A DNA stretch of 64,000 nucleotides from a virus (Duplodnaviria > Caudoviricetes), in the IMG/VR virus record IMGVR_UViG_3300044898_000016, positions 1-64,000 of that record; one strand, given 5' to 3'. Numbering within the stretch: position 1 is the first letter of the stretch; every line of letters starts with the position of its first letter. Shown here in pieces: positions 8,090 to 16,448 of this stretch. A program made the position numbers and the translations under genes. The notes beneath the pieces were generated by a model that saw only the letters and a program-made list of their open reading frames with translations, did not search any database and was not told the DNA's origin.

Positions 8090-8109
8090 GCGATCTTTGA
8101 AATCAGTTT

Positions 8110-8320
8110 GCGCAGGTAGCTCAGTGGTGCGTGTCTCGCTCATGCAACTTACGACATGAAGGCTTGCTGACGGGTAAGCGTATTAGTCGAGATGGGAGCG
8201 GAAGGCGACACACGGTTCTGGTTGTTCTGGTTTCAGTGCACAAGAAACCGGGCTATAGCAATCAAGAGCGACCGGCTGATAACCGGGAGGTCGGGGGTTC
8301 GAATCCTTCCCTGCGTACCA
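8110..8320 (+). tRNA. trnI: tRNA-Ile(GAU) interrupted in the D-loop by a ~135-nt insert
   Basis: 5' half GCGCAGG-TA-GCTC-AGTGG; 3' half GAGC-G-ACCGG-CTGATAA-CCGGG-AGGTC-GGGGG-TTCGAAT-CCTTC-CCTGCGT-A-CCA. Acceptor, D, anticodon and T arms pair; encoded CCA. Confidence 0.85.
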
Positions 8321-8323
8321 AAT

Positions 8324-8640
8324 GTGGGCGTGTGTTGATGCCACAACAGCGTCGCCAGATCAAATTCTGGACGCAAGGAGCATGTAGTTGTAATGGTTCG
8401 ATGGAGTAGCGCCGCGTGAAAAGTCACCGTTACGTAAGCCTACCGCACACGCCCACTTGTTCTTTTGAAGTTTCCATGACGAGCAAGCGACACCTGCATG
8501 GCTGAGGATTCGTTACGCCTCAGACGCGACTCAAGGGAGGGTAACGCTTCCCGAGATGAGATGTTGAGCAAAGTGGTGTGACTTTGGCCGTGGGAGAGAA
8601 ACGGCCACTTAATTTCTGGCTGAGATAGAGCAGCCAAAAC
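8324..8640 (+). ncRNA. Candidate structured non-coding RNA downstream of the tRNA
   Basis: Perfect 11-bp closing stem 8324-8334/8446-8456 plus five further hairpins; no credible ORF. Confidence 0.5.
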
Positions 8641-8650
8641 AAGTGTTGAA

Positions 8651-8869
8651 ATGATTATTTCAGCCACGCCAGTTTTCAAACCACGCCGACTGCGCACTTG
8701 CGCGGGAATGTGTGGGCTGCCGATCCGGTTTGATTGCGTGCGTCTGTACGGGGCGGCGTGGCGCGGTGATCCGCCGTATACGATCTACATCTGCCACGAC
8801 TGCGCGGCACTGACAGCGCGAGACGACTTGAAAGTTAAAGCGGCAGTGGAGCGATTAGAGGCGGCTTAA
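8651..8869 (+). CDS. Small zinc-binding protein
   Basis: CAGMC...ICHDC. Confidence 0.6.
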   Translation: MIISATPVFKPRRLRTCAGMCGLPIRFDCVRLYGAAWRGDPPYTIYICHDCAALTARDDLKVKAAVERLEAA

Positions 8870-8907
8870 AGTCCTCAGCAGCTAACAAAGAGAACGAAAG
8901 GAAAACA

Positions 8908-9090
8908 ATGGAACTTACAAGACAACAATTCATCGATCGGCTGACAGAAGTGCTCAATAAGTCCTTTCCTGAGGAACAGTCAGGCTTCCAGCTTAGTTCA
9001 GATGATGTTGACGCAGTTAACGAAGTTCTGACCGATGTTTGCCATAACACATCATCGGACATCGGCGGAAGAAGCCCGTACGAAGAATAG
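8908..9090 (+). CDS. Hypothetical protein
   Basis: ORF with AAGGA SD. Confidence 0.6.
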   Translation: MELTRQQFIDRLTEVLNKSFPEEQSGFQLSSDDVDAVNEVLTDVCHNTSSDIGGRSPYEE

Positions 9091-9129
9091 GTTCGCCCCG
9101 CCCACAGGGGAGCAGGAGAAGGGAAAACG

Positions 9130-9402
9130 ATGCCGAAGTTTAGAAAGAAACCAGTAGTGATTGAAGCGATTGAGTTTGATGGCACGACTGCCGGAGCTGT
9201 GGCAGTTTTCAAGGTGTTTGATGTTCCGGGCGGCAAGTTCGTGCCGCACTACCAGAACATCGAACGCGGTTTCCTTACTATCCCCACGCTTGAAGGCGAA
9301 ATGCGCGCCGATGAAGGCGACTGGATCATCAAGGGCGTCAAGGGCGAGTTTTATCCCTGCAAGCCTGACATCTTTGAGGCAACTTACGAGGCGGTAACTT
9401 GA
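9130..9402 (+). CDS. Conserved phage hypothetical protein (KFRKKPVVIEA family)
   Basis: KFRKKPVVIEA...TLEG...GDWIIKGVKGEFYPCKPDIFEATYE, a motif set common in phages. Confidence 0.85.
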   Translation: MPKFRKKPVVIEAIEFDGTTAGAVAVFKVFDVPGGKFVPHYQNIERGFLTIPTLEGEMRADEGDWIIKGVKGEFYPCKPDIFEATYEAVT

Positions 9403-9510
9403 GCCGGTTTTAGTCACAAAGGACAAGGTGAGAGGCCGCAAGCGTTCTGCGGGTGATCCCTAAAACGTAAGTTTCATTTTCGAGGTAGAACTTATGACGA
9501 TTTACAAAAG

Positions 9511-9637
9511 TCCGGCGTCCTGGGAAGCGGCCGGAAACGGGAACCTCTTAGCGAGGTGCCTCGGATTTAATTCTACGCCTGCGGGTGTTGGATTGCTTCC
9601 CAGAGCACCGGGCATCTCGCTAAGGGGTTTTTGATTT
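9511..9637 (+). promoter_or_regulatory. Terminator-like stem with loop-loop complementarity (attenuator candidate)
   Basis: 17-bp stem 9544-9560/9611-9627 followed by TTTTTGATTTT; loop sequences CTGGGAAGC and GCTTCCCAG are complementary. Confidence 0.5.
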
Positions 9638-9638
9638 T

Positions 9639-10358
9639 ATGTCCACATCGCGCCTTCAAGCCCAAACAGTAAAAGAGTTGGATCGCATCTTTGGTTGTCA
9701 CGCGGTTCGGGAAAACGTGCGACCCGACTGGCTTAGGAGTTCAGACGGCCAGCGCCTGGAACTCGATGTTTACATTCCAAGTATTCGCACGGCAATCGAA
9801 GTCCAGGGAGTTCAGCATTACCAATTCTCGTCGCATTTTCACAAGGACGCTAAAGGTTTTGAGCGCCAGATGGGTGCCGATAAGCAGAAGCGAGCGGTCT
9901 GCGAGCAGCGAGGTATCCGATTTTATGAGGTCGCGTCAGAGGGCGATCTACGGGAAGCGTTAGCCTCTATTCGCAAGGTGTCTCCACGGCCCGACTCAAA
10001 ATATCTTCAGTACCAGCGAGAACAGGAAGATCAATTTAACAAGACCGTGGTACGGCGATACGCAGAGCCGCGACTTGCCGAGTGTGAGCACAAACTGGAG
10101 GCGGCGCGCGCACTTCTAGCCAATGAACTTAGTCGAGAGACGCCTGAGACGTTTCATTGCTGGGATACCGCCCAGCCGAGGCTTTATGCCGAATCGTTGG
10201 TTGCTAGATGGGAACGCTGCCTTGCTCGAGCGACTAATAAGGCAGAGGCCGAGTTTCGACGCAGGACCAAGCCGCCTCGCAAGATGGCGCGAGTGCGGAG
10301 GCGCCAGAACAAGGATTTTGACAAGCAGCGATTTGCGACCGGGCGGAGGCCAGCATGA
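9639..10358 (+). CDS. DUF559/Vsr-like PD-(D/E)xK endonuclease
   Basis: RLELDVYIP...AIEVQGVQHY...DKQKRAVCEQRGI motif set. Confidence 0.7.
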   Translation: MSTSRLQAQTVKELDRIFGCHAVRENVRPDWLRSSDGQRLELDVYIPSIRTAIEVQGVQHYQFSSHFHKDAKGFERQMGADKQKRAVCEQRGIRFYEVASEGDLREALASIRKVSPRPDSKYLQYQREQEDQFNKTVVRRYAEPRLAECEHKLEAARALLANELSRETPETFHCWDTAQPRLYAESLVARWERCLARATNKAEAEFRRRTKPPRKMARVRRRQNKDFDKQRFATGRRPA

Positions 10359-11179
10359 GCGACGACGCCGTAACTGATCTAACTCGTGGCGTCTATCGTC
10401 GTCTCTATTCTGGCTTCACCAAAGGACAACGGATAAACCGATTGACACTTCAGGCTGAAGCATGGTTCTGGCGAGTTCTGGCGACCGTAGACGACTTTGG
10501 CAATGGGGATGCCGACCCTGAACTGTGCCACGCAATGACGGCGGGACGCCGCAAGGTAACACCGAAGCAAATATCAGGGTGGTTGCGGGAAATGAAAGAC
10601 GCGGGACTTATTCGATTCTACGAAGCTAAAGGTGAGCCTTATCTACAGGTTGTCGGATTTGAGACCTCTCAGCCAGCAGGGAAAAACGGCAAGCGAATGA
10701 AGCGTTTTCCGTTTCCAGGTGAGTCCGAGGGAATCCGGGTGAATCCGGAATTATCCGGTTCTGCTCAAGCCTCCGAACACACTAACGATAACGAGAACAA
10801 TAACGAAGACGATAACGAGAATACGTCGCGTGCCGCGACTGCTGTTGCTGTGTTTGACTTTTGGAGAAAAGAGAGCGGGCACGATCACGCTCACTTTACG
10901 GACAAGCGCCGGCGCAAGGTCTTGGCACGGCTGAGAGACGGTTATCCGGCGGAGAGGATCGAACTTGGTATTCGCGGTTGTTTGATGTCCGAGTTTCACC
11001 AGGGCAAGAACGACAGCGGGCAGAAGTTTGATGACTTGGAGTTGATTTGCCGAGACGGTGAGCACTTGGAAAAGTTCATCGCAATTTATGAAAACGGCGG
11101 GAGCAAGAATGGACACAAGGCTACAGCATCGCAGGGACGAGTTGATCAGCTCAGAGCCAACGCTGAATTCCTACGATAA
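10355..11179 (+). CDS. Phage replication initiator (lambda O-like)
   Basis: N-terminal helical domain, low-complexity linker with internal repeats, C-terminal FDFWR...TDKRRRKVLARL domain. Confidence 0.7.
   Translation: MSDDAVTDLTRGVYRRLYSGFTKGQRINRLTLQAEAWFWRVLATVDDFGNGDADPELCHAMTAGRRKVTPKQISGWLREMKDAGLIRFYEAKGEPYLQVVGFETSQPAGKNGKRMKRFPFPGESEGIRVNPELSGSAQASEHTNDNENNNEDDNENTSRAATAVAVFDFWRKESGHDHAHFTDKRRRKVLARLRDGYPAERIELGIRGCLMSEFHQGKNDSGQKFDDLELICRDGEHLEKFIAIYENGGSKNGHKATASQGRVDQLRANAEFLR
10718..10822 (+). other. Putative replication origin (iterons) within the initiator gene
   Basis: Four ~10-bp-phased (GA)ATCCGG-like repeats, then three ATAACGA-type A-rich repeats. Confidence 0.5.
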
Positions 11180-11576
11180 AGCGGTTGGTCGGTTGGTCGT
11201 CAAGGGCCGCATCGGGGCAGGGCTGCCACCGCTAACGAACGAGGAACTGGCGATCCATACCGCAGTCTGGGCTGAGATTGTTTTCGGGGTGATTCCCGAG
11301 AGCCAACTTGAAAGAGCGTATGCCAGGGCGATGCAAGATAACGCGGACGGGTTTACGTTGACAGCCCCGAAACTGGTTCAGGGCTATCGCTCCCTGTGTG
11401 CGTCCGAAGCGTCAGCGCCTCAACTCCCGCAGACCTCTAACCTGCTGGCTGGAAAAGTCTGCAAAAAATGTTTTGGATCGGGAATGGAGCAGTACGTTGA
11501 GGGTGGTTATAAGCAAGTGCGCCGATGCGATCACGTAGTAGCAGAGGATGACGACTCTGATATTCAGAATTGGTAA
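11109..11576 (+). CDS. Putative helicase-loader-position protein with C-terminal zinc finger
   Basis: Follows the initiator; CKKCFG...RRCDH. Confidence 0.5.
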   Translation: MDTRLQHRRDELISSEPTLNSYDKAVGRLVVKGRIGAGLPPLTNEELAIHTAVWAEIVFGVIPESQLERAYARAMQDNADGFTLTAPKLVQGYRSLCASEASAPQLPQTSNLLAGKVCKKCFGSGMEQYVEGGYKQVRRCDHVVAEDDDSDIQNW

Positions 11577-11755
11577 GCGAAATGGACATCAAAAACTTAT
11601 CGTTTGATCGGGAAGATTTATTGCGGCGCGTGTCGGCGGGTGATCATTCCAAGTGTCAGCACGACTTGCTTGGCACGTGCCCGGTTGAACTGGCCTTAGC
11701 CATCAGCGAAACAAGGAAACGAAACGAAGATGCCGAAAACTTGCCCGAGATGTGA
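11570..11755 (+). CDS. Hypothetical protein
   Basis: ORF overlapping its neighbours. Confidence 0.45.
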   Translation: MVSEMDIKNLSFDREDLLRRVSAGDHSKCQHDLLGTCPVELALAISETRKRNEDAENLPEM

Positions 11756-11867
11756 TGAGTCTGAGCCAGCCGTCGAGTTCGGTATCTGCCGAGCGCGACC
11801 TAGCGGTTTCAATCTTTACTGCAAGCGATGCATAAGGGAAAAGATCGCGGATCAGCGAGCCGTCTGA
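11730..11867 (+). CDS. Small zinc-finger protein (45 aa)
   Basis: Manual translation MPKTCPRC...LYCKRC. Confidence 0.5.
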   Translation: MPKTCPRCDESEPAVEFGICRARPSGFNLYCKRCIREKIADQRAV

Positions 11868-11973
11868 GGCTTCGCCGGATGCTTATCTGCTCAGAGTGCC
11901 AGCAAGGATGCTTCACTGAAGCAGAGTTTAACGAGCACGAATGTTTTAGCGCGTACTGAGTGAGGGGAACCAA

Positions 11974-12315
11974 ATGACTGACGAAGAAATTAACGAGCGA
12001 GTAGCAATGGAGATTATGGGCGAAGCACGCATTTGTAATCACAAGAAATATACCGACGAAACTGGCGCGTTTTGCGCGCAGGGATGCGAGAATTTTATCG
12101 TCCCTTACTACTCAACCGACATGTCGACGGCCATGCAAGTAATCGAAAAGATGCGCGAAGCGAGATGGTCGTTCGCTTGCACATTGTACGAGGGCAGGTT
12201 GCCCTATGCGTCGTTCTGTAAGCTCACAGCGGCATCAAGCAGGAATGCCGAATCTGAATCACTTCCCCGCGCGATCTGTCTCGCTGCTCTAGCTGTGGTG
12301 GAGAAGGAAACTTAA
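11974..12315 (+). CDS. Phage ABA sandwich domain-like protein
   Basis: EINERVAMEIMG...YYSTDMSTAMQVIEKM...LPRAICLAALA pattern. Confidence 0.75.
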   Translation: MTDEEINERVAMEIMGEARICNHKKYTDETGAFCAQGCENFIVPYYSTDMSTAMQVIEKMREARWSFACTLYEGRLPYASFCKLTAASSRNAESESLPRAICLAALAVVEKET

Positions 12316-12357
12316 GAGTCTTTTAATAAACCACGACGCGCATTCCTAGATCGTGGA

Positions 12358-12375
12358 GAGCCCTAAGACGGGCAG
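12358..12375 (+). promoter_or_regulatory. boxB-like hairpin, copy 1
   Basis: GAGCCCTAAGACGGGCAG; 17/18 identical to 23755-23772. Confidence 0.4.
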
Positions 12376-12383
12376 TGAGTTGA

Positions 12384-13772
12384 ATGAACATGAGCGCAAA
12401 TTATCAAGAGTTTTTAGAGTCCAAACAAGTCGCTGTCGCACCGAGCGGTTTTACGCCCGATGCGCTTTGCTCTGAACTGTTCAAGTTTCAATCTGACATT
12501 GATCGATGGGCACTAGAGCGCGGACGTGCAGCGATCTTCGCTGATTGTGGGCTTGGCAAAACGCCGATGCAATTGCAGTGGGCTGAGAGTGTAGCGCGCA
12601 AGTTAAATCGCCCCGTGCTAATTCACGCCCCGTTAGCAGTTTCAAAACAAACTGAGCGCGAGGGCAAGAAGTTCGGCATTCCCGTGAAAGTAGTCGCTTC
12701 GGATATTGAAGTGCGCGGGTCGGGTGTCTACGTCACGAATTACGAAAAGATGCAGCACTTCGATCCGTCACGTTTTGGTGGCGTGGTTCTTGATGAGAGT
12801 TCGATCCTGAAATCATTCACAGGCGCAACGCGAAACATGCTGATTGAACGCTACCACGATACGCCGATGAAGCTAGCCTGTACGGCTACGCCGGCCCCGA
12901 ACGACTTCATGGAACTAGGTAATCATGCTGAGTTTTTCGGAGTCCTAACGCGAACGGAAATGCTGTCTACGTTCTTTGTTCATGACGGTGGGGATACTGC
13001 GAAATGGAGATTGAAAGGCCACGCCGAAGAAGAATACTGGAAATGGATTTGCCAGTGGGCGGTGATGATTCGTAAGCCGTCCGATCTTGGATACTCGGAT
13101 GCTGGATTTGAATTGCCTCCGCTAAAGATTCACCACCATATCGTTGATGGTAAACCCATCGACGGATTCTTGTTTCAAGTTGAGGCCCAAACCTTACAGG
13201 AGAGGCGACAAGCGCGGCGCGGGAGTTTGGAAGATCGCGCTCAGATGATGCGCGAAATCGTAGCAAAGAAACCAAACGATCCGTGGATGATTTGGTGCGA
13301 TCTGAATGATGAGGCGGATTTGATTGAAAGCTTGATTCCGGGAGCGGTGCAAGTTGCCGGACGGCATACCGACGAGCAAAAAGAGGATCGGATGCTTGGA
13401 TTCAGCGAAGGGCGCTATCAAACGCTTGTTAGCAAGCCGAGCATTGCGGGCTACGGGATGAACTGGCAGCACTGCCCGAATGTTGGCTATTTAGGGCTTA
13501 GCGATTCTTACGAGAAGTTTTATCAATCACTCCGGCGCTTCTACCGTTTCGGCCAGCAGAGCGAAGTCAACTGCCACATAGTTACATCCGAATCAGAGGG
13601 CGCGGTAGTCAAAAATATCGAACGAAAAGAATCAGATGCGATGCGCATGGCCCGCGAAATGGTAAGGCACATGAGCGTTTACAACACCGAAGCGGTTCAC
13701 AGTCAAACGACTCGAACGGCATCAGCCTACAGCGCAGCGAAGCCTATGGCGCTGCCTTCGTTCTTGGGGTAA
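12384..13772 (+). CDS. SF2/SNF2-like helicase
   Basis: ADCGLGKT (Walker A), VLDESS (Walker B), ACTATP, QSLRRFYRFGQ. Confidence 0.9.
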   Translation: MNMSANYQEFLESKQVAVAPSGFTPDALCSELFKFQSDIDRWALERGRAAIFADCGLGKTPMQLQWAESVARKLNRPVLIHAPLAVSKQTEREGKKFGIPVKVVASDIEVRGSGVYVTNYEKMQHFDPSRFGGVVLDESSILKSFTGATRNMLIERYHDTPMKLACTATPAPNDFMELGNHAEFFGVLTRTEMLSTFFVHDGGDTAKWRLKGHAEEEYWKWICQWAVMIRKPSDLGYSDAGFELPPLKIHHHIVDGKPIDGFLFQVEAQTLQERRQARRGSLEDRAQMMREIVAKKPNDPWMIWCDLNDEADLIESLIPGAVQVAGRHTDEQKEDRMLGFSEGRYQTLVSKPSIAGYGMNWQHCPNVGYLGLSDSYEKFYQSLRRFYRFGQQSEVNCHIVTSESEGAVVKNIERKESDAMRMAREMVRHMSVYNTEAVHSQTTRTASAYSAAKPMALPSFLG

Positions 13773-14677
13773 TGATGAAAACACGAACAGCAACAGTGAC
13801 GCCCGCAGTTATCGATCAGTGTTTTGGCGAAGGGTGGGCCATGTATCTCGGGGATTCGTGCGACGTGATCAAGGGCGTCCCTGATGATTCAATTCACTAT
13901 TCGATCTTCTCGCCGCCGTTTGCGTCGCTCTACACTTACTCGGCGAGCGAACGCGACATGGGCAACGCCAGAACGCACGCAGAGTTCTACGAGCATTTCC
14001 AGTTTCTTGTGAATGAGATTTACCGCGTAACGATGCCCGGTCGGTTGCTGTCCTTTCATTGCATGAATCTGCCTTCGTCCAAACAGAGCGACGGCGTGAT
14101 CGGGATTAAAGATTTTCGCGGCGATCTGATTCGCATATTCCAAGAGCCGGGATTCATCTATCACTCGGAGGTCTGCATTTGGAAAGATCCGGTCACGGCA
14201 ATGCAGCGAACGAAAGCCCTAGGCTTGCTTCATAAGCAGATCAAAAAGGACTCGTGCATGAGCCGTCAAGGGATCGCGGATTATCTCGTGACGATGCGCA
14301 AGCCCGGCGACAATCCCGAACGAGTTACGCACACGAACGAGACGTTTCCTGTTTCGGTGTGGCAGCGGTACGCCTCGCCTGTTTGGTTCGACATCAACCC
14401 ATCAAAGACTTTGCAACGCGAATCGGCGCGAGAAGATAAAGACGAGCGGCATATCTGCCCGCTTCAGCTAGAAGTAATTGAGCGCGCGGTTGAGCTATGG
14501 ACTAATCCGAACGACACGGTTTTAAGTCCTTTCGCGGGCATCGGATCAGAGGGCTTTGTATCGATCCAAAAGCGGCGCAAGTTCATCGGTATCGAATTAA
14601 AAGAATCTTATTACGGACAGGCGATCCGAAACCTGACAGCAGCCGCACAACAGAGTGAAGGACTATTTGCAGCTTAA
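13772..14677 (+). CDS. N4-C/N6-A DNA methyltransferase
   Basis: FSPPF catalytic motif and VLSPFAGIGSEG SAM-binding motif (beta order). Confidence 0.92.
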   Translation: MMKTRTATVTPAVIDQCFGEGWAMYLGDSCDVIKGVPDDSIHYSIFSPPFASLYTYSASERDMGNARTHAEFYEHFQFLVNEIYRVTMPGRLLSFHCMNLPSSKQSDGVIGIKDFRGDLIRIFQEPGFIYHSEVCIWKDPVTAMQRTKALGLLHKQIKKDSCMSRQGIADYLVTMRKPGDNPERVTHTNETFPVSVWQRYASPVWFDINPSKTLQRESAREDKDERHICPLQLEVIERAVELWTNPNDTVLSPFAGIGSEGFVSIQKRRKFIGIELKESYYGQAIRNLTAAAQQSEGLFAA

Positions 14678-14692
14678 GAAGGGAGAGACAGA

Positions 14693-14743
14693 GTGGGCGA
14701 AATAACAGAAATTGGCTGGACTGAGGCAACTTGGAATCGATGA
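14693..14743 (+). pseudogene. Stranded N-terminus of a DUF5131 gene
   Basis: SD GGGAG plus GTG: MGEITEIGWTEATWNR*, in register with MGKETSIEWTGSSWNP at 15259. Confidence 0.7.
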
Positions 14744-14786
14744 ATACCGGAACGCGGTACATGTCCATCCATGTTATAATGGCTGG

Positions 14787-15296
14787 ATGAAACACTCCAA
14801 GCAAACGAAAGCAAAGCTATCTAAGGCCCGTAAGGGCGAGTTGAACCCGTTCTATGGCAAGCATCACTCAGACGAAACCAAGCGCAAGATGGCAGAACGA
14901 ACGCGCTTGTTCAATCTCACGTCTCGCAAATACGAACTGTCTAAGCAGTCGATCAGAATTCCGCCGGAACCGGGCCTGTCTTATCTTGCGGGAGTCGTTG
15001 ACGCGGATGGTTCTATTCGTTTTCGTCGAGGGCGTCCGTTCGTGTCTGTATATAACGGATGCGATGACCTTATGCGTTGGCTGGTCAAGCGCGTTGGCGG
15101 TCAGTACAAGGCGGGTGATCTTCGCGGTAGGGTTCCTAATTGTACGTGGTCAATCAGTGCCGCAAGAGACGTTTATGCGCTCTGTAAAGCCCTTCTGCCT
15201 CGCTTGCTAGTAAAGCAGAGCGACGCAAGAGCGGCAATGGTCGCTCTGGAAAGTAAGTATGGGAAAAGAAACCTCAATCGAATGGACGGGATCTAG
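14787..15296 (+). CDS. NUMOD3-LAGLIDADG homing endonuclease
   Basis: KHSKQTKAKLSKARKGELNPFYGKHHSDETKRKM (NUMOD3) and YLAGVVDADG. Confidence 0.88.
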   Translation: MKHSKQTKAKLSKARKGELNPFYGKHHSDETKRKMAERTRLFNLTSRKYELSKQSIRIPPEPGLSYLAGVVDADGSIRFRRGRPFVSVYNGCDDLMRWLVKRVGGQYKAGDLRGRVPNCTWSISAARDVYALCKALLPRLLVKQSDARAAMVALESKYGKRNLNRMDGI

Positions 15297-15990
15297 TTGG
15301 AATCCGTGGCATGGCTGCATCAAAGTGAGCCCCGGCTGTAAGAATTGCTACATGTACCGCGACAAGGCGCGATATGGACAAGATCCGCTCAAGGTCGTTC
15401 GATCAAGAACCACGTTCAATGCCCCGCTGAAATGGCCTGAGCCTCGCGTGATTTTCACCTGTTCGTGGTCTGATTTCTTCATGAAGGAAGCCGACGATTG
15501 GCGCGATGCTGCATGGGACATCATTCGCAGCACGCCGCAGCATACCTATCAAATTCTGACGAAGCGACCAGAGCGGATCGCGGATCATCTTCCGAGCGAT
15601 TGGGACAGACAGGATCGTTGGAAGCATGTTTGGCTTGGCGTGAGTTGCGAGAACCAAGAGACAGCAAATGATCGAATTCCGATCTTGCTGCAAACGCCAG
15701 CCGCAATCCATTGGGTAAGCGCGGAGCCATTGCTCGGGCCGATTCACTTCTGTGGACTCGGAGGGTGCTGCTCGGAGTATCGGGATTATCCGCTGGATTG
15801 GATCGTATTTGGCGGCGAATCAGGATCGGACTTTCGGGCAATGGAAATCGACTGGTTACGCGACGGCATTGAGCAATGCAAAGAAGGTGGCGTCAAGATA
15901 TTTACAAAGCAAGACAGCGGATTTAAACCGGGTCAGCAAGGGCGCATCCCAGACGAATTGTGGCTGAAAGAATTTCCAAAGGCAGCGTGA
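15259..15990 (+). CDS. DUF5131 (Gp37/Gp68) family radical-SAM-like protein
   Basis: IEWT...WNPWHGCIKVSPGCKNCY, QILTKRP, SAEPLLG, WIVFGGESG. Confidence 0.92.
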   Translation: MGKETSIEWTGSSWNPWHGCIKVSPGCKNCYMYRDKARYGQDPLKVVRSRTTFNAPLKWPEPRVIFTCSWSDFFMKEADDWRDAAWDIIRSTPQHTYQILTKRPERIADHLPSDWDRQDRWKHVWLGVSCENQETANDRIPILLQTPAAIHWVSAEPLLGPIHFCGLGGCCSEYRDYPLDWIVFGGESGSDFRAMEIDWLRDGIEQCKEGGVKIFTKQDSGFKPGQQGRIPDELWLKEFPKAA

Positions 15991-15993
15991 ACA

Positions 15994-16200
15994 ATGAAAC
16001 TCTCAGATCGCATTGCAGCGGCAAAGAAAGCAAAGCCGGGTGATCTTTGGAGCAATCGAAAAGGACTCTACACGGTGGAGATCGTAGAGATTCGCAGGAT
16101 GCTCAATCCTCAGGTCGTATTTAAGAACTTGTTGACTGGAAAGGACCCGGCCAAAGGGATCACACTGTTTGCAGATAAGGTTGAGCCGGTGAAGAAATGA
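15994..16200 (+). CDS. Hypothetical protein
   Basis: ORF in the operon. Confidence 0.55.
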   Translation: MKLSDRIAAAKKAKPGDLWSNRKGLYTVEIVEIRRMLNPQVVFKNLLTGKDPAKGITLFADKVEPVKK

Positions 16201-16448
16201 GCGCACGAGTAAAACCAAAGACGATGATCGAATCCGATGCGGCGGCGATGATCGGGATTCATCCTGAGACGTTAGCCAGGTATCGACGCGAGGGCAGGGT
16301 TCCAACGTGGCGACAGGTTGGCCGGCTGATTAAGTACACGCCTGACGACGTGGATCGAGCTATCGCGTCTTTCGAGAAGGCCGGGCCTGATCTTGCTGAG
16401 GTTGAGCGGACGGCTCAACAGAAAGTTCTGAAGGGGCGCTTTGGTTGA
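16197..16448 (+). CDS. HTH DNA-binding protein (excisionase/MerR-like)
   Basis: ESDAAAMIGIHPETLARYRREG...GRLIKY. Confidence 0.8.
   Translation: MSARVKPKTMIESDAAAMIGIHPETLARYRREGRVPTWRQVGRLIKYTPDDVDRAIASFEKAGPDLAEVERTAQQKVLKGRFG

Noticed and set aside
8110-8320. Archaeal-type bulge-helix-bulge intron
   Set aside because: The junctions do not form a 3-4-3 BHB motif and no splicing endonuclease or ligase is encoded.
8376-8460. Second tRNA downstream of tRNA-Ile
   Set aside because: The start resembles a D-arm, but no T-loop (TTCRA) or acceptor-CCA follows.
14739-15304. Group I intron housing the LAGLIDADG ORF
   Set aside because: The ORF fills the interval, leaving no room for a ribozyme core, and the boundaries lack the U/G splice signature.
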